Source: Octopus sinensis (taxonomy: Eukaryota). From it: a stretch of 64,000 nt of DNA. The notes under the pieces are model-generated. The model made no database searches, was not told the origin of the DNA, and worked only from the letters and a program-made list of their open reading frames with translations. Numbering within the stretch: the first letter of the stretch is position 1; each line of letters opens with the position of its first letter. Of this stretch, positions 1-12,760 are shown piece by piece. The stretch spans positions 135,904,001 to 135,968,000 of the forward strand of contig NC_042997.1 of the NCBI RefSeq assembly GCF_006345805.1, written 5' to 3'. The translations under genes were made by a program, and so were the position numbers.

Positions 1-4
1 ATAC

Positions 5-372
5 ATATAAAAGTAGATAAATGCTACAACAAGGCAACAATATTTACTGGAAAATATCAATCGTAATAAATACAACGCTATCGTATAGCTTCACTGCGTA
101 TATACTAGAAAATACGCATGTGTGCAACAAACAATGGAAAAAAACTTGTCTTACCTCTAGGAAGAACATCTGATAAATGGACAACCTAGAATCGGATAAT
201 GAAGGACCGGTTTCTGACTCTTCAGATACGTTTGACAACGTAAATTTGATTAGTCTTCATCAGCTGCATTTACCTAGACAAGATTTCAAATGTTGCCACA
301 TCAATACCAGTATACTCGTCTGAACGCCAAAACGTTCCAGTAATATTGGTGCCTTGTTGTACCATTTATCTA

Positions 373-381
<9 letters not shown>
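5..381. mobile_element. Small non-autonomous inverted-repeat element (~48-bp imperfect TIRs), right end abutting (TA)n
   Basis: 5-52 ATATAAAAGTAGATAAATGCTACAACAAGGCAACAATATTTACTGGAA matches the reverse complement of 335-381 with 2 mismatches and 1 indel; no coding capacity. Confidence 0.75.

Positions 382-448
<67 letters not shown>
376..448. repeat. (TA)n microsatellite
   Basis: Pure TA run; source of the IYIYIY ORFs. Confidence 0.98.
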
Positions 449-452
<4 letters not shown>

Positions 453-1090
453 TGCGATGGGTATATTGTCGCCATTTTATATTTTAATTTCGCGCATGCG
501 CGTTGTTCGGTTTTGATTTTATTGACTACACAGTCTTATATGGTCAGTTGGGCATCGACTATGAGAAAAACACCAGCATGACACAATTCTCTCTGCCAGG
601 AATTTGGAAACGACATACTGTACTGCTTCGCATTCGTGCTCCAGTTCGAAGAGATGGTGAACAAAACATGTACCGAAATGTGATAAAATTCAAACATCCA
701 GTCAATATCATGGTGTTTAGAGTGATCACTAGTGATGGTGACATTATGCTTCCATCTTCTCACACGGCCTCAGACTCAACACTGAGGCCTACATCAAGTG
801 CCTGGAGGAGGTAGTGCTGCGCTAGATCAAGAGAGTGGCTGATGAAAGACCCTAAATCTGGCAACAGGACTCTGCACCATGCCACACAAGCAGGAGAACC
901 CAGTTATGGTTGTCAGAATTTCTACGACCACATCACCCCTAACATCTAGGCATCTAACTCCTCAGACCGCAACCCTCTCGATTATTATGTGTGGAGAGCA
1001 GTTGAGTGAGAGACCAACGAAACTCTTTGTAACACCAAACATGAACTGAAAGCAAGGATTATGGCAGCATTCACCAACTTAAGCAAATTT
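449..1090 (+). mobile_element. Internally deleted, decayed DD37D (maT-type) Tc1/mariner-superfamily transposon
   Basis: Frameshifted translation gives KFKHPVNIMVF, IWQQDSAPCHTSRRTQLWL, SDRNPLDYYVW and ELKARIMAAFTNL; spacing between QQD and PLD fits D37D once one frameshift is corrected; inserted at TA. Confidence 0.85.
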
Positions 1091-1110
1091 TTCATTGTCG
1101 TTATATCCAT

Positions 1111-1531
1111 ATATATGTGTGTCTGTGTTTCTCAATATATATGAATGTATATGTGTATATGTATGTATATGTGTATATAAACATGTATAAAAGTATGTTT
1201 ATGTATGTGAGAGTGTGGGTGCATCTTTGTGTGTTGTAGGTGTGTAAATGTGTCTATGTGTGTGTGTGCGTATGTGTGTGCATGTATGGGGAATTATATA
1301 TACTTTGATATATGAGCGTATATGTGTGTCTGTATTTCTCAATATATATGAATGTATATGTGTATATGTATGTATATGTGTATATAAACATGTATAAAAG
1401 TATGTTTATGTATGTGAGAGTGTGGGTGCATCTTTGTGTGTTGTAGGTGTGTAAATGTGTCTATGTGTGTGTGTGCGTATGTGTGTGCATGTATGGGGAA
1501 TTATATATACTTTGATATATGAGCGTATATG
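1111..1531. repeat. 207-bp tandem duplication (2 copies) of a TG/TA-rich segment
   Basis: CTCAAT at 1131 and 1338, TACTTTGATA at 1301 and 1508 (period 207). Confidence 0.9.
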
Positions 1532-1689
1532 CATATAGAATTATGACTCCAAACTCTAACTCTCTCACACTCACTCTCTCTCTTCATCTCTCTCTATCTT
1601 TCTGTCGCTCTATCTATCTATCTCCCTATGTCTTACTCTCTCTCCTTTGTGTTCTTTTGGGCTTGCTCTTCATTCTCTCCCTTCACTAA

Positions 1690-1755
1690 ATATATATATG
1701 TATATATATATATATACATATATATATACATATATATATATACATATATATATAC

Positions 1756-1815
<60 letters not shown>

Positions 1816-1868
1816 TATATATATATACATATATATATACGTATATATATATATACATATATATATAC

Positions 1869-1948
<80 letters not shown>
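1690..1948. repeat. Compound (TA)n/(TACA) microsatellite
   Basis: Direct inspection. Confidence 0.97.
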
Positions 1949-1952
<4 letters not shown>

Positions 1953-2878
1953 CAATTCTAATGCATACCTCACATTAATATAACAACTACATACCTTAAA
2001 GAATTAGAATACTGGAACAAACAGATGAGCTTCAAGAAGACATGGCATGGATTTTAACCCTAAGTACATAATGTGTGTGTATACGTATGAAATGTGTGTC
2101 TTCTATTTTTTAATTAGTATAAACGTTTCACTGAGAAGGGGCCGGTTTCCAACAAAGATACAAGGCTGTGGTTATCACAGACAAATTCACATTTGGAACT
2201 TGAGAAAAGTCTTGCATATTTTTACTGTTCCACTCAGAGATTGCACTTGTAATGTACGAATTAGCCGGTCGATTTCTCTTTCTGAAAATCCCAGTTAATT
2301 CAGATTCTCCTTTAAGCATTTACTAACAAAACCTAATGCACCAATTATTATTGGTATGAATATGAATTCATAGTCTGTATATAGAAGCTGGAGGTTTCGA
2401 AGCGGTTATCCATAGAATTCCTCTTCTTTTTATTTATGTATGTCTGTCGGTATATATGTATGTCTCTTCTGTTTTCAATTATGAAAATTATTCCTCTGTA
2501 GAAGGTACTGGTTTCTTACAAAAATACAAACTCTATTTTTGAAAAGTAAAAGAAAAACGATATCCAATGTCACATTTTAAACCTAAGAAAAGCCTTGCAT
2601 AGTTTTACTTTTCCGCTTACAAACTATACTTCTAAACGTGTGAATCGGCTGGTTGATTTCATTTTCTGAAAATCCAAGCTTATCCAGACTGACAGCTAGG
2701 CATTTACTTTCAAAATCAAGTGTTCCAATTAGACTGGTCAACAAAATGAAACTATTTTTTTTATAATCAGAGTTGCTGATTGACTTTTCTGGGTTTTGAT
2801 GCTGACTACGAATCCGAAATCCGATTTCCTCTATCATGTTAATGATACCTGCTGTTTTAACTTATAGGCTACTAAAAA

Positions 2879-3330
2879 TATCACCCACATCATAAGCAGT
2901 TGTCCGAAAACGTCATTACGGTATTATCTACCGATGAGACATGATGCTATAGCTAGGACACTCTATAAAGAAATCCATCGGAAGGATAATCTTCTGAACA
3001 AAGAAATAAGAACCCACAATCTGGTAGAAGCCATAGCCACTCGTAATGAAAAGAGATACTAGTGGAATGTCCCAGTGAAGACCTCAATAAAATGCAAGCA
3101 CAACAGACCTGATACAAGGATTTGGGATAAAGAAGAGAAACTGAGCACAGTTGCGGAATTTAGCTGCCCAGTGGAAAATAACATAAAATTGAAGATCAGT
3201 GAAAAAGAGAACACCTATACTGAACAACTGAGAAATTTGCAGTTACTCTATCCAGATTACAAGTTCAGGTTTATACCAGTAATTATTGGAGCCCTGGAAT
3301 ATGTAACACACTGCCTAAATACCAATCTGC
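2879..3330 (+). mobile_element. 3' fragment of an RLE-type non-LTR retrotransposon (R4/NeSL-like; family D here)
   Basis: Frame reads ITHIISSCPK..RHDAIAR..W*..KHNRPDTRIWD..EFSCP..EKENTY..FIPVIIGAL: zinc-knuckle tail, RHD motif and PD-(D/E)xK-type endonuclease; one in-frame stop. Confidence 0.8.
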
Positions 3331-3472
3331 ACATACATACATATATACATACATACATGCATACATGCCTACATACATACATGCATACATTCATACATAC
3401 ATACATACATACATACATACATACATACATACATACATACATACATACATACATACATACATACATACATGC
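3330..3472. repeat. (TACA)n microsatellite
   Basis: Direct inspection. Confidence 0.97.
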
Positions 3473-3748
3473 ATATACTTATAGATATGGCTGGATTCGC
3501 TCAGCTCATGACGGCCCTTATGAGGTGCATCATCTGATTGCATTTACAGTGCCACTTCGCGTGTTACTCAATACTGAAGCATATGTAACAGATAAAATAA
3601 AGGAGTAACAAGTTAAAGCCAGTGTTCTTTTCTTTCACTATATGTGTGTGAATGTGTGTAAGTCTATTCGTTATTTCCTTCCCTTTATATGTATGCTGTA
3701 AAGTGCATTAAACAACTAATACAGTCCTTTCAAACAGGATTTCAACAA

Positions 3749-4154
3749 GGCGCAGGAGTGGCTGTGTGGTAAGTAGCTTGTTTACCAACCACATGGCTCC
3801 GGGTTCAGTCCCACTGCGTGGCACCTTAGGTAAGTGTCTTCTGCTATAGCCTCGGGCCGACCAAAGCCTTGTGAGTGGATTTGGTAGACGGAAACTGAAA
3901 GAAGCCCGTCGTATATATGTATATATGTATGTGTATGTGTGTGTGTTTGTATGTCTGTGTTTCTCCCCCTAGCATTGCTTGACAACCGATGCTGGTGTGT
4001 TTACGTCCCCGTCACTTAGCGGTTCAGCAAAAGAGACCGATAGAATAAGTACTGGGCTTACAAAAAATAAGTCCCGGGGTCGAGTTGCTCGATTAAAGGC
4101 TCCAGCATGGCCGCAGTCAAATGACTGAAAAAAGTAAAGGAGTAAAAGAGTAAA
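3749..4154 (+). mobile_element. Full-length tRNA-derived SINE (octopus OR/OK-type)
   Basis: A-box-like TGGCTGTGTGG, B-box-like GGTTCAGTCCC, internal TA/TG tract, conserved body, tail CTCCAGCATGGCCGCAGTCAAATGACTGAAA then (GAGTAAA) repeats; homologous copies elsewhere in window. Confidence 0.88.
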
Positions 4155-7100
4155 GCTTGTTTACTCCATAAACTACTTGCTCTCTGCTACAACCCTTTAT
4201 CACTTCCTCTACATATATGGTGGTTTACGTCTCCTAATTCTCTTTTAATTCTACCTGCACTGCCTAATTTTAACTGCTTTCAGCTTACTCCAAATTCTGT
4301 TACATATATCGACATTATTGCATTGTAACAATCTGTCATCTTTCGAATTGCATTCTTGTTGAAACTATCTTTCGAAACCTGTATGGCAACATGCTGTGGT
4401 AATTATCATTAAGCTCGTCAAACAATCTAGGATTGTCTAAAATCGCAATGGACAGTAAAATAGCAGATTCCAATCTTAGGAATTTATAAGTCCATGATCC
4501 TGAGAGAAACTATCTACTTTGGCAATATTTGAATTACTGAAATTTTCATTTATTACTGGAAATTTCGAGTTCGATAAGGCATTTAATTACTTCTCTAAGC
4601 AATACATTATTTCTAATCAGTCGTATTTACTAAGAATTGCGTCATATACATAGCACACATAGATTTATATATGATGTTATATATATGTAAATATATATGT
4701 GAGTGCGTGTCTTTGTAGGCCTTATATTATTGACTGTTAGATTACGAAATTAAATGCATAATGATACTTACTTTCGGCTTTTGTGACTTTTGTTCAAAAT
4801 CTCCGGTAAAATTTATGTTTGATCTTCTATAGATCAATAAAATACGTATTGCAATCAATTTATAAGATTATATCAATTATCATTGGAAAACTGGACTAAG
4901 AGCAAAGAAAGAATTTAGTTTTAACAGTTGCTTGAAGCGTGGCTTGAAAGAAACAATAGGATACAGTACTGAACGTCTAATCTTTATTTAAATCCCTTCG
5001 AGGACTAGTTTGACTTTCATTCATCTGAGGCCGATGCAGCTGATATCCGTAATATAATATAGACTAATCGAATAGATTACGCTCTGTCCCCATTATAAAT
5101 AAACATTGATCTTAATGGGTAAATAATCCATATTAGCGTCTTTCAAAGTAAAATCTCTTGAGGCACCTTGACTATAAAATAATAATAATAAATGGAGTTG
5201 CGGTAAAATACAAAGAAGAATTAAATTTCACAAATAGCAAATGGCTAAGCTTTGCAATAAAATTTTATATTTTCGGGATCCTCTACTAGAAGTTGATAAT
5301 TCTATAACATCTTATTTCCATAAAATAACATATTTTATGTCTCCTGCAGTAATAGAATTAAAAGTCATATTAGAAAATTGATCATTAATGCAGAGAATTT
5401 CCAAACAATAAAGTAATGTAGCAGTTTTAAAGTCGAAGATTATGAATATTCCTAAAACGGGTCGCATCGACAATTTTGTAATATTAACAGACCAGCATCT
5501 TATCTCTTAATAGACAATAAAAACAGTATGTTTTGAAGTGTATAATAATTTCTGGAAGCACGATTTTAAACTTTTCATTGCAAATGCTACCAAATATAGT
5601 TAGATTAATATTCTTTATATAAAGGTTACTTGCACCGTACAGCATTAGATAAATTCGAGCAACAAGTGCTACATCAGTTTCAATTCTTGATTCAAGTCCT
5701 TTTACTTTGCGGAAATTCTAAAATAAGTAATGTAAACATCACAGTTGCATTTCTTTCTGTAAGAACTTTTCTGTCATAAATCAAAAACAAAGTCTCGCTG
5801 TTTATATAAAACCAAAATGGAACCTTTACTAAAATATGAACATCTGATTCTTACTTCCTGAGGAGGCTATATCGAATCTAGCAGAATTCTTTCACTTCCT
5901 TTATGAATGAAGACTTCAAAGCATACAAAAGCTGCAACATACCATTGTATACTATAATAAAGATTATATTAGAGAAACCATTATTGCATAGTTGAAAACG
6001 TTAAGTATTCAAAATATCGAAATGAATGTATGTATGTTTGTATGTATGTATATGTATGTATATGTATATGTTTTTGTGTATATATGCATACATTTATATA
6101 TATATTGGTGCCCCAGCATGGCTGCGGCCTTCGGGCTAAAACATTTTTAAGGGTTTTAAGGATTTATACATACACACACACACACATATACATATGTATA
6201 TATGTATTTGTGTGTGAGCGTGTGTATGTATATGCACGTGTGTAAGTGTGTATGTGGCGGGGTGCAGCCAAATTCCTTAAAATCATGCAATCTGTCCTTC
6301 CCTAGTGGAAGGACATTGCATGACCCCGTTTCAGTCTGTCGAAAAGGACGTGCAAAATTTTAGATAAGATCCAACAACCAAACAACTTTTATATAATTTT
6401 CTTTTCTATTTTCCGTGCAGAAATCTTATTCAATTCTCGTTTTAAACATCGGTGATAAATCTTCGACAATAAGTAAATAAGTATTCCAATTTTCCTCTTT
6501 TTTTTTCCTGTTTTTATACATCTCGCTTCTCTTCAACAAATTATAACATTACGTTTTTTTTTTCTTTTCACATTATTTGTTATGTTTTTCTGATTTATAT
6601 GAAGTTTGTGCTTGAAACTTAAGCGGTTGCAATGAAACATGTTTATCTTTTGACTACACGTACACCATACGTACATATACCAAAGGCTTATACATGCATG
6701 AATACATACAAGCATACTTATTCCTAAAGATATAGAGAAGCACATATATAAAGGCCCAAGGTTTAGATGCATGAATTCATGTACATACACACGCTACGCA
6801 TACATAAATAAAGGCATTCACGCACACACGCGCGGACACGCAAAAACACCTACATATATGAGTTCATAGACATACACGCACGCACCGTCATGTTTGTGTG
6901 TGTCTTTATGTGAGTGCGTGTGTTTTTGTGTGTGTGTGTGTGTGTGTTCACAGCGAAATGCAAACATTCACATGTAATTGTGAATATGTGTTCTCCTGTA
7001 ACATCAAATAGAATGCCCTTGAAATGTTTTGGAAATTATTGTCCTAATCAAGTGTATATGGAGAATGCGAATCAGTCTGCTCTGTGTGCTATTTTCTTTT

Positions 7101-7732
7101 TCTAGGAGGTGGTTGTGGGAGAATACGAATTTTTCTACGCTTTTATGAAGCTGTGTTATTTCGTAAACCACTACCCTAATAATAGGAACGAACAAAAATC
7201 TTTAAGAGCTGTAAGCTTCACATTAGTTCTACAAAGATATTCACATTCACATTTATATTCAACGATTCACGACTTTGTCCCACCCCACCCCTGTCACTTA
7301 TAACATGTGACTTATCATTCTAAGACCGGTTCGCTATGGGTTTTGTTAGTGGGGAAGGTTCCGCCCGTTTCTTTTATTTTTAAAGAATTAGATACTTTCT
7401 GTTTCTAGTGTGCCTTTGTAATATCCATCAGAACAATCCCTCCTGCATATATCCATTGTAGATATTCTTAACTACAATGTTATACCTCACAGGAAGGTAG
7501 TATCTTGTGGAAATGTTTAAACAGTTTCTGAAAAGAGTGTATCTTGCACACAAGTACGGCACAATCAGCATTGTCTAGCACATATTCTCTAGCTTGTAGT
7601 ATGATGGGAATTTCACTTCCACATCTTTGTTTAAGTAGGTCAGTTCAACAAAACTTGGTTTACATGAAACTGTTGTACATTCAGAGCACCTTTTTGTCTA
7701 GATTTATACTCTTAAGACTTCACTGATGAGCA

Positions 7733-7818
7733 TATGATGTATAAAAACATGTAATATACAAATAAATATCTGTAAATATAAAACCATCCGAATTTCTGAG
7801 TACCTCATTTCTTCTAAT
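7733..7818. repeat. Dispersed ~87-bp repeat, second copy at 10051-10138
   Basis: TATGATG..AAAAACATGTAATAT..CCATCCGAATTTCTGAGTACCTCATTTCTTCTAA nearly identical at both sites; probably an end of an unclassified TE. Confidence 0.85.
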
Positions 7819-7932
7819 ATAAAATACATGTACATCATCTCCAAACCTTCCAATACATACATACATACATACATACATACATACATACATACATACATAC
7901 GTACATACATACGTACATACATATATACATAT

Positions 7933-7988
<56 letters not shown>

Positions 7989-9625
7989 TATATATATTAT
8001 ATATATATATATATATACACACACAAGCAATAAATGTTACGACTATGCCATTGTAAAATCATACAAACCCATGTTTCCATGAAGGATTTACAATATATAT
8101 TTTTAGCCTGGAAATCCATAATACGTTCTCAAAAACGAGACGAATTGTGTCATATAAATATGTATGTTCTTTTTCGAAATACAACAAATCTCCTATATAG
8201 CATACTTGAACTAATAATCCACTAACAGATAATTCCATACGTCATCCAGCTGTCGAATATCATATTTTCCTATAAACAGTTCTTCTGTTTACAATAATCA
8301 CCCATCTCTACATTCACTTTCTATTTTCATGTACGTCTTGTTGCTGATAATCATTAGGCAAAATTATCTGTAAGCTTTGCTTATATTGAAAATAGATTAA
8401 ATATGAGTCTGGTTGGTATAGTGTTACATATAAAAACACCATTCTTAACAAAAGGATGTATTCTTTAATGTCTACGCAGCAAAAATCATTATGAAATATT
8501 AGGAAGTTATTGCGACAACAGCAAATCATAAATCATCATTACTTGGCTGTGTATCTTAGATTATCAGTTATTAATCTAAAGTTAAGACGTAACATGAAAT
8601 GGAATATGGAACTAGAGTACTATAGACGCCAAGTGCTTTCTTCATTATATTTATTATTGTTTATTGACACACATTGCAGATTTATGCATACTCACTATTA
8701 AGAGAGTTTCTTTGGCTATTTGTACAAATATTCAGCTTTGATATCAAGGAGATTTGCACGCCTTGCTTTCACTACTCTGCTCCATTTGCTATATTTCGTA
8801 AAAATGTATATATTAAGAGAAACAATGGTGGGAAATAGAGAACCACAGAGCTAAGCTAAAGTTATTGAAGCTTATAATAGGTATGCGCATTGACTTAGGT
8901 CGTTCCGGATCCTGCAAATTAAATAGTATAATAAATTTACACTTTTCTTCACGCATAAGTAATTTTGGAAGGAAGTGCAACGTGATTAGATTGAATAAAA
9001 CTAAAATCATTTAAAAACAGTTCAAATGCCACCGTAAAAGTTAAAAATTAAAAGACTTTTGGTATAGTCCGATAGAAATACTACCTAAATACCGCAGTGC
9101 AGTTACTATTATAACATCCTGCATGGACAGTATTCGTTGTCTAATCTATAATTTTCAATATCAGCTCATTCGGAAACAAGATTTTGAATTTTACGCAGAG
9201 ATATTTCGCGAGCATTTGTTTAGTAACATATTAAATGTATTCATATCTTCTATAAATCTACCTAGTGAAGTCCATATACGTGAATATGGTTCACAGAACT
9301 ATCGATAAGAACTGACCTGCCACTATTGTTACTAACTGAGTTATGCAATATTTCAGTTCAGTGTGACAGCTTATCTATAATGGTCTTCGTTGTAGAAGTG
9401 AGTCCCTTGTCAGTCCTGTTAAAGAAATGAAAATGTACACGATGAAAGAAACCCGAATTTTTTTACAAACCTGAATCTGCATATAATTGGTCACGGCATC
9501 TTCACGAGACGTACGAATTGAGTTTGGTCAGAATAAGTATTCATAACAAAGTGAAACAAGAAAATATTGTCGGCCAGAAAAAGAATATAAATATCAGTGA
9601 TTTTTTCTACCTCTCCTATCAACAG

Positions 9626-9675
9626 TGATGGATGCGAGAAATCCTGGAATCGATGAGAATATTGCATACATTGAT
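9626..9675 (+). CDS. Candidate 50-nt internal exon of an unidentified host gene (xMDARNPGIDENIAYID)
   Basis: Strong acceptor TTTTTTCTACCTCTCCTATCAACAG, strong donor GAT/GTAAGG, only one open frame; no homology recognised. Confidence 0.35.
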
Positions 9676-10133
9676 GTAAGGCTAGAGCAACAAAAGAAAA
9701 CTTCTATAGACAGTGGAATGTATGGAAGTCATTAAATAAAACATTCATAATTCTTTCGCAGTACCAGCGCCGCTAGCAACATTTGGTATAGTAGACTGGA
9801 TACTTGAGTAAATTCGTAACTTGAACATTAGTAGTCAAATATACTAACAGTGACTAGCAGCTTCCTCATTAACAGTGAGACTAACAAGACCTATGTGAAA
9901 CGGAGGGATTTAGTTAAAGGTATAAGATCAGTGTAGATGGACTTCAAGTGTCGCCACATCTTTGACACATATAAATTGTCATAACAAAAAGATCACGTGT
10001 ATACTGATCACTCACACAACATCTAGTGAACAGTAAAATAATCTAAGTTATATGATGCATAAAAACATGTAATATGCAAATAAATATCTGTAAATATAAA
10101 ACCATCCGAATTTCTGAGTACCTCATTTCTTCT

Positions 10134-10216
<83 letters not shown>

Positions 10217-10219
10217 CAA

Positions 10220-10630
10220 CAGGCACCCATGCCAACCCCCTTGCTTGCGAAGACATGTTGGGGCAAGCGAAATCGAAATCGAATTGAACCAGCCAGGATC
10301 CCTGGTCTGGTGGTACGTAAAAAGCACCATCCGACTCGTGGCCGATGCCAGCACCGCCTCGTCTGGCTTCCGTGCCGGTGGCACATAAAATACACCAATC
10401 TGACCGTGGTCGTTGCCAGCCTCGCCTGGCACCTGTGCAGGTGGCACGTAAAAACCACCCACTACACTCACGGAGTGGTTGGCGTTAGGAAGGGCATCCA
10501 GCTGTAGAAACACTGCCAGATAAGACTGGAGCCTGGTGCAGCCTTCTGGCTTCCCAGATCCCCGGTCGAACCGTCCAACCCATGCTAGCATGGAGAACGG
10601 ACGTTAAACGACGATGATGATGATGATGAT
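10220..10630 (+). mobile_element. SINE/LINE 3' portion with RTE-type tail
   Basis: Three GGTGG(C/T)AC(G/A)TAAAA sub-repeats, GGAGTGGTTGGCGTTAGGAAGGGCATCCAGC and CCAACCCATGCTAGCATGGAGAACGGACGTTAAACG ending in (GAT)n. Confidence 0.72.
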
Positions 10631-11613
10631 ATATAATAGAAATCTGTTTCAAAAAGAAAATAGAAACAGCATGTGGAAAAGATATGGGGAAACTAATAAG
10701 AAAAAAAAGCGAAGATGCACATTGAGTACCAAAAAAATAATGGTCCGTGATTCAGAGGTGGAAGTTTATATATAAGATGTCAGTTGGTACTAAAGATAGT
10801 ATGGCACCAGGTGGTGACCAATATATGGTGTTCGTATTCGTTATTTTTTCGATCAACAAGTCCCTGAATCATTGTATGCAGTGGTTATGGCCAGTCCTGA
10901 AACCTAATTGGTCAGCTATTTCTTTCAAAACTATGACATGGTTCCGGTTCGTTGGTGGTTAACAAATAACACAAAAACAAATCAGATAAATAAGTAAATA
11001 AATAAATTAGAAAATAAAAGGATAAAAAAATCCGTGGCCACTATGGACAAGTAGGAGAGCAAAATAACATTCAAACTAGATTAAATTAAATTAAATTAAA
11101 CTTTAGACAAGTAAATAAATAAATGTGTGAGTACGATAACTAAAGTAATATGACTAAGATGATATGATCTTAAGGGACAGCATAAGAAAAATAAATTATC
11201 GCGGACGTATAAAAATAAAAATAAAAATGTAAAACATATATCTATCTATCAGGGGAATCAGCTATACTCTTACACGTAATATAGGAGAAGGACAGAGAAT
11301 TCAGTTTTGTGGGAAGGCGTAATAAGACGGATTTTCTGACAAGGGACAATAAATGGAACGGACCGGATCGATTGCTTATTTTTCTAAGTTATAGTTATTT
11401 ATTGCTAAAACCTATACTTTTAAAGTATAGAATAATGGATATAAATTATTAAGTTGGTGGCACTGTGTTATAGCAGTGTGTTATAACAGATATTGTTATA
11501 TTTAGGAATGGCCATTTTGCCAGTTTAGCCAATAAAAACACACGCACTATATATTTGGTGTTACTTTACTTCAGAGTTATTTATTTTTTACATTAATCCT
11601 AATCTTATTTCGG

Positions 11614-11653
11614 CCAGAGTTCTTTCGTCACAGTTCTATGACCTCCTCAGTGG
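11614..11653 (-). ncRNA. Minimal type-I hammerhead-ribozyme-like motif (family H1, intact core)
   Basis: Minus strand CCA-CUGAGGA-G-GUCAUA-GAAC-UGUGAC-GAAA-G-AA-CUC-UGG: core, 6-bp stem II, 3-bp stem I, CUC triplet. Confidence 0.5.
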
Positions 11654-11673
11654 TCCTTTGCTTTCTTCTTAAA

Positions 11674-11745
<72 letters not shown>

Positions 11746-12002
11746 AATAATAATAATAATAATAAGTAGGTGTAAACACATGAACAAAATCAAAATAACC
11801 AAAAACAAATTACACGAACGTATATAAACAGGAGATACAAATATTACAGGCACTCCCCCACACGCACACACTAACTAAACATAGACACACATAGAAGTAT
11901 ACGCATGCGCAAATGAAGACACATACAATAGGAATACAAAATACAAAATGGCTGACTGTTAGTAAGGAGAGACACACAAATAAGAAAGAAGAAAGCAAAG
12001 GA

Positions 12003-12042
12003 CCACTGATGAGGTCACAGAAGTGTGACGGAAGAACTCTGG
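12003..12042 (+). ncRNA. Hammerhead-like motif (family H1, A13G core mutation)
   Basis: CCA-CUGAUGA-G-GUCACA-GAAG-UGUGAC-GGAA-GAACUC-UGG; GAAA mutated to GGAA. Confidence 0.4.
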
Positions 12043-12124
12043 CCGGACGCTGAAGCAAAGTAACACCAAATATATAGTGCGTGTGTTTTTATTGGCTAAA
12101 CTGGCAAAATCACCATTCCTAAAT

Positions 12125-12162
<38 letters not shown>

Positions 12163-12189
12163 TATATATATATACACATACATATATAC

Positions 12190-12280
<91 letters not shown>

Positions 12281-12399
12281 ATACATACATACATACACAC
12301 ACACATCTAAATGTAAATCCGTGTACATATAAAGTGGGTTAACCCGTGCATTTCAGCTAAAAAAGTGAATAATTAATTTATCCTGTATTTGTATAATAT

Positions 12400-12760
12400 T
12401 CAATTTAGGTCCGAGGGATGACGAAATAGCAGATGTAGATGCAAATAAGAGGCGTTTTATTCGGGTAAATATGGCAGGTGTAGACATCTAAGGATTCTGA
12501 TGTATTAGGCAAATTAGCTTTAGTAAATTAATCTGTATTATAGTCAATTATATAAAGGTTTATATTTATAAATTTATAATTTAATCCATTGGATAGTATT
12601 CCATATTGTTCTAACGCTGCTCAATTTGTAGGGCGCAATTTGATTGCTAAGTGCTCGTATATATGATTAGCTAGTCATGCGTGTATTTTCTAAATATCCA
12701 TTAAGGGGTGGGTTTTTATCTCTAGTGCATGAGCTAGGTTTATGTATAGTATTACTAGTA
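12400..12760 (-). pseudogene. Possible highly decayed N-terminal part of a Penelope-like ORF
   Basis: Minus frame at ~12515-12583 reads IINL*I*TFI*LTIIQINLLKL, resembling the NLS..LT..E/Q..LL motif upstream of PLE reverse transcriptases; many stops. Confidence 0.22.

Larger units (their letters stand above)
11490..12133. mobile_element. Foldback element, family H1 (~145-180-bp inverted arms with hammerhead-like motifs)
   Basis: 11490-11670 is the reverse complement of ~11985-12133 apart from a ~35-nt insertion; right end abuts (TA)n; homologues at 13363-13703 and 49958-50340. Confidence 0.85.

Noticed and set aside
3508-3530. DGPYEV resembling the Gypsy integrase GPY/F motif
   Set aside because: Too short; no other LTR-element sequence nearby
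3749-3830. tRNA gene
   Set aside because: A/B boxes are present but it continues into a SINE body with several homologous copies; no full cloverleaf
6256-6350. HDV-like ribozyme
   Set aside because: A 7-bp P1-like helix exists but P1.1, P3/L3 and J4/2 elements could not be placed
8481-8531. KNHYEILG resembling a J-domain start
   Set aside because: Stop 9 codons later; no HPD motif in any adjacent frame
10690-11390. Possible LINE 3' remnant on the minus strand
   Set aside because: No interpretable protein motif in any frame I translated; left unclassified
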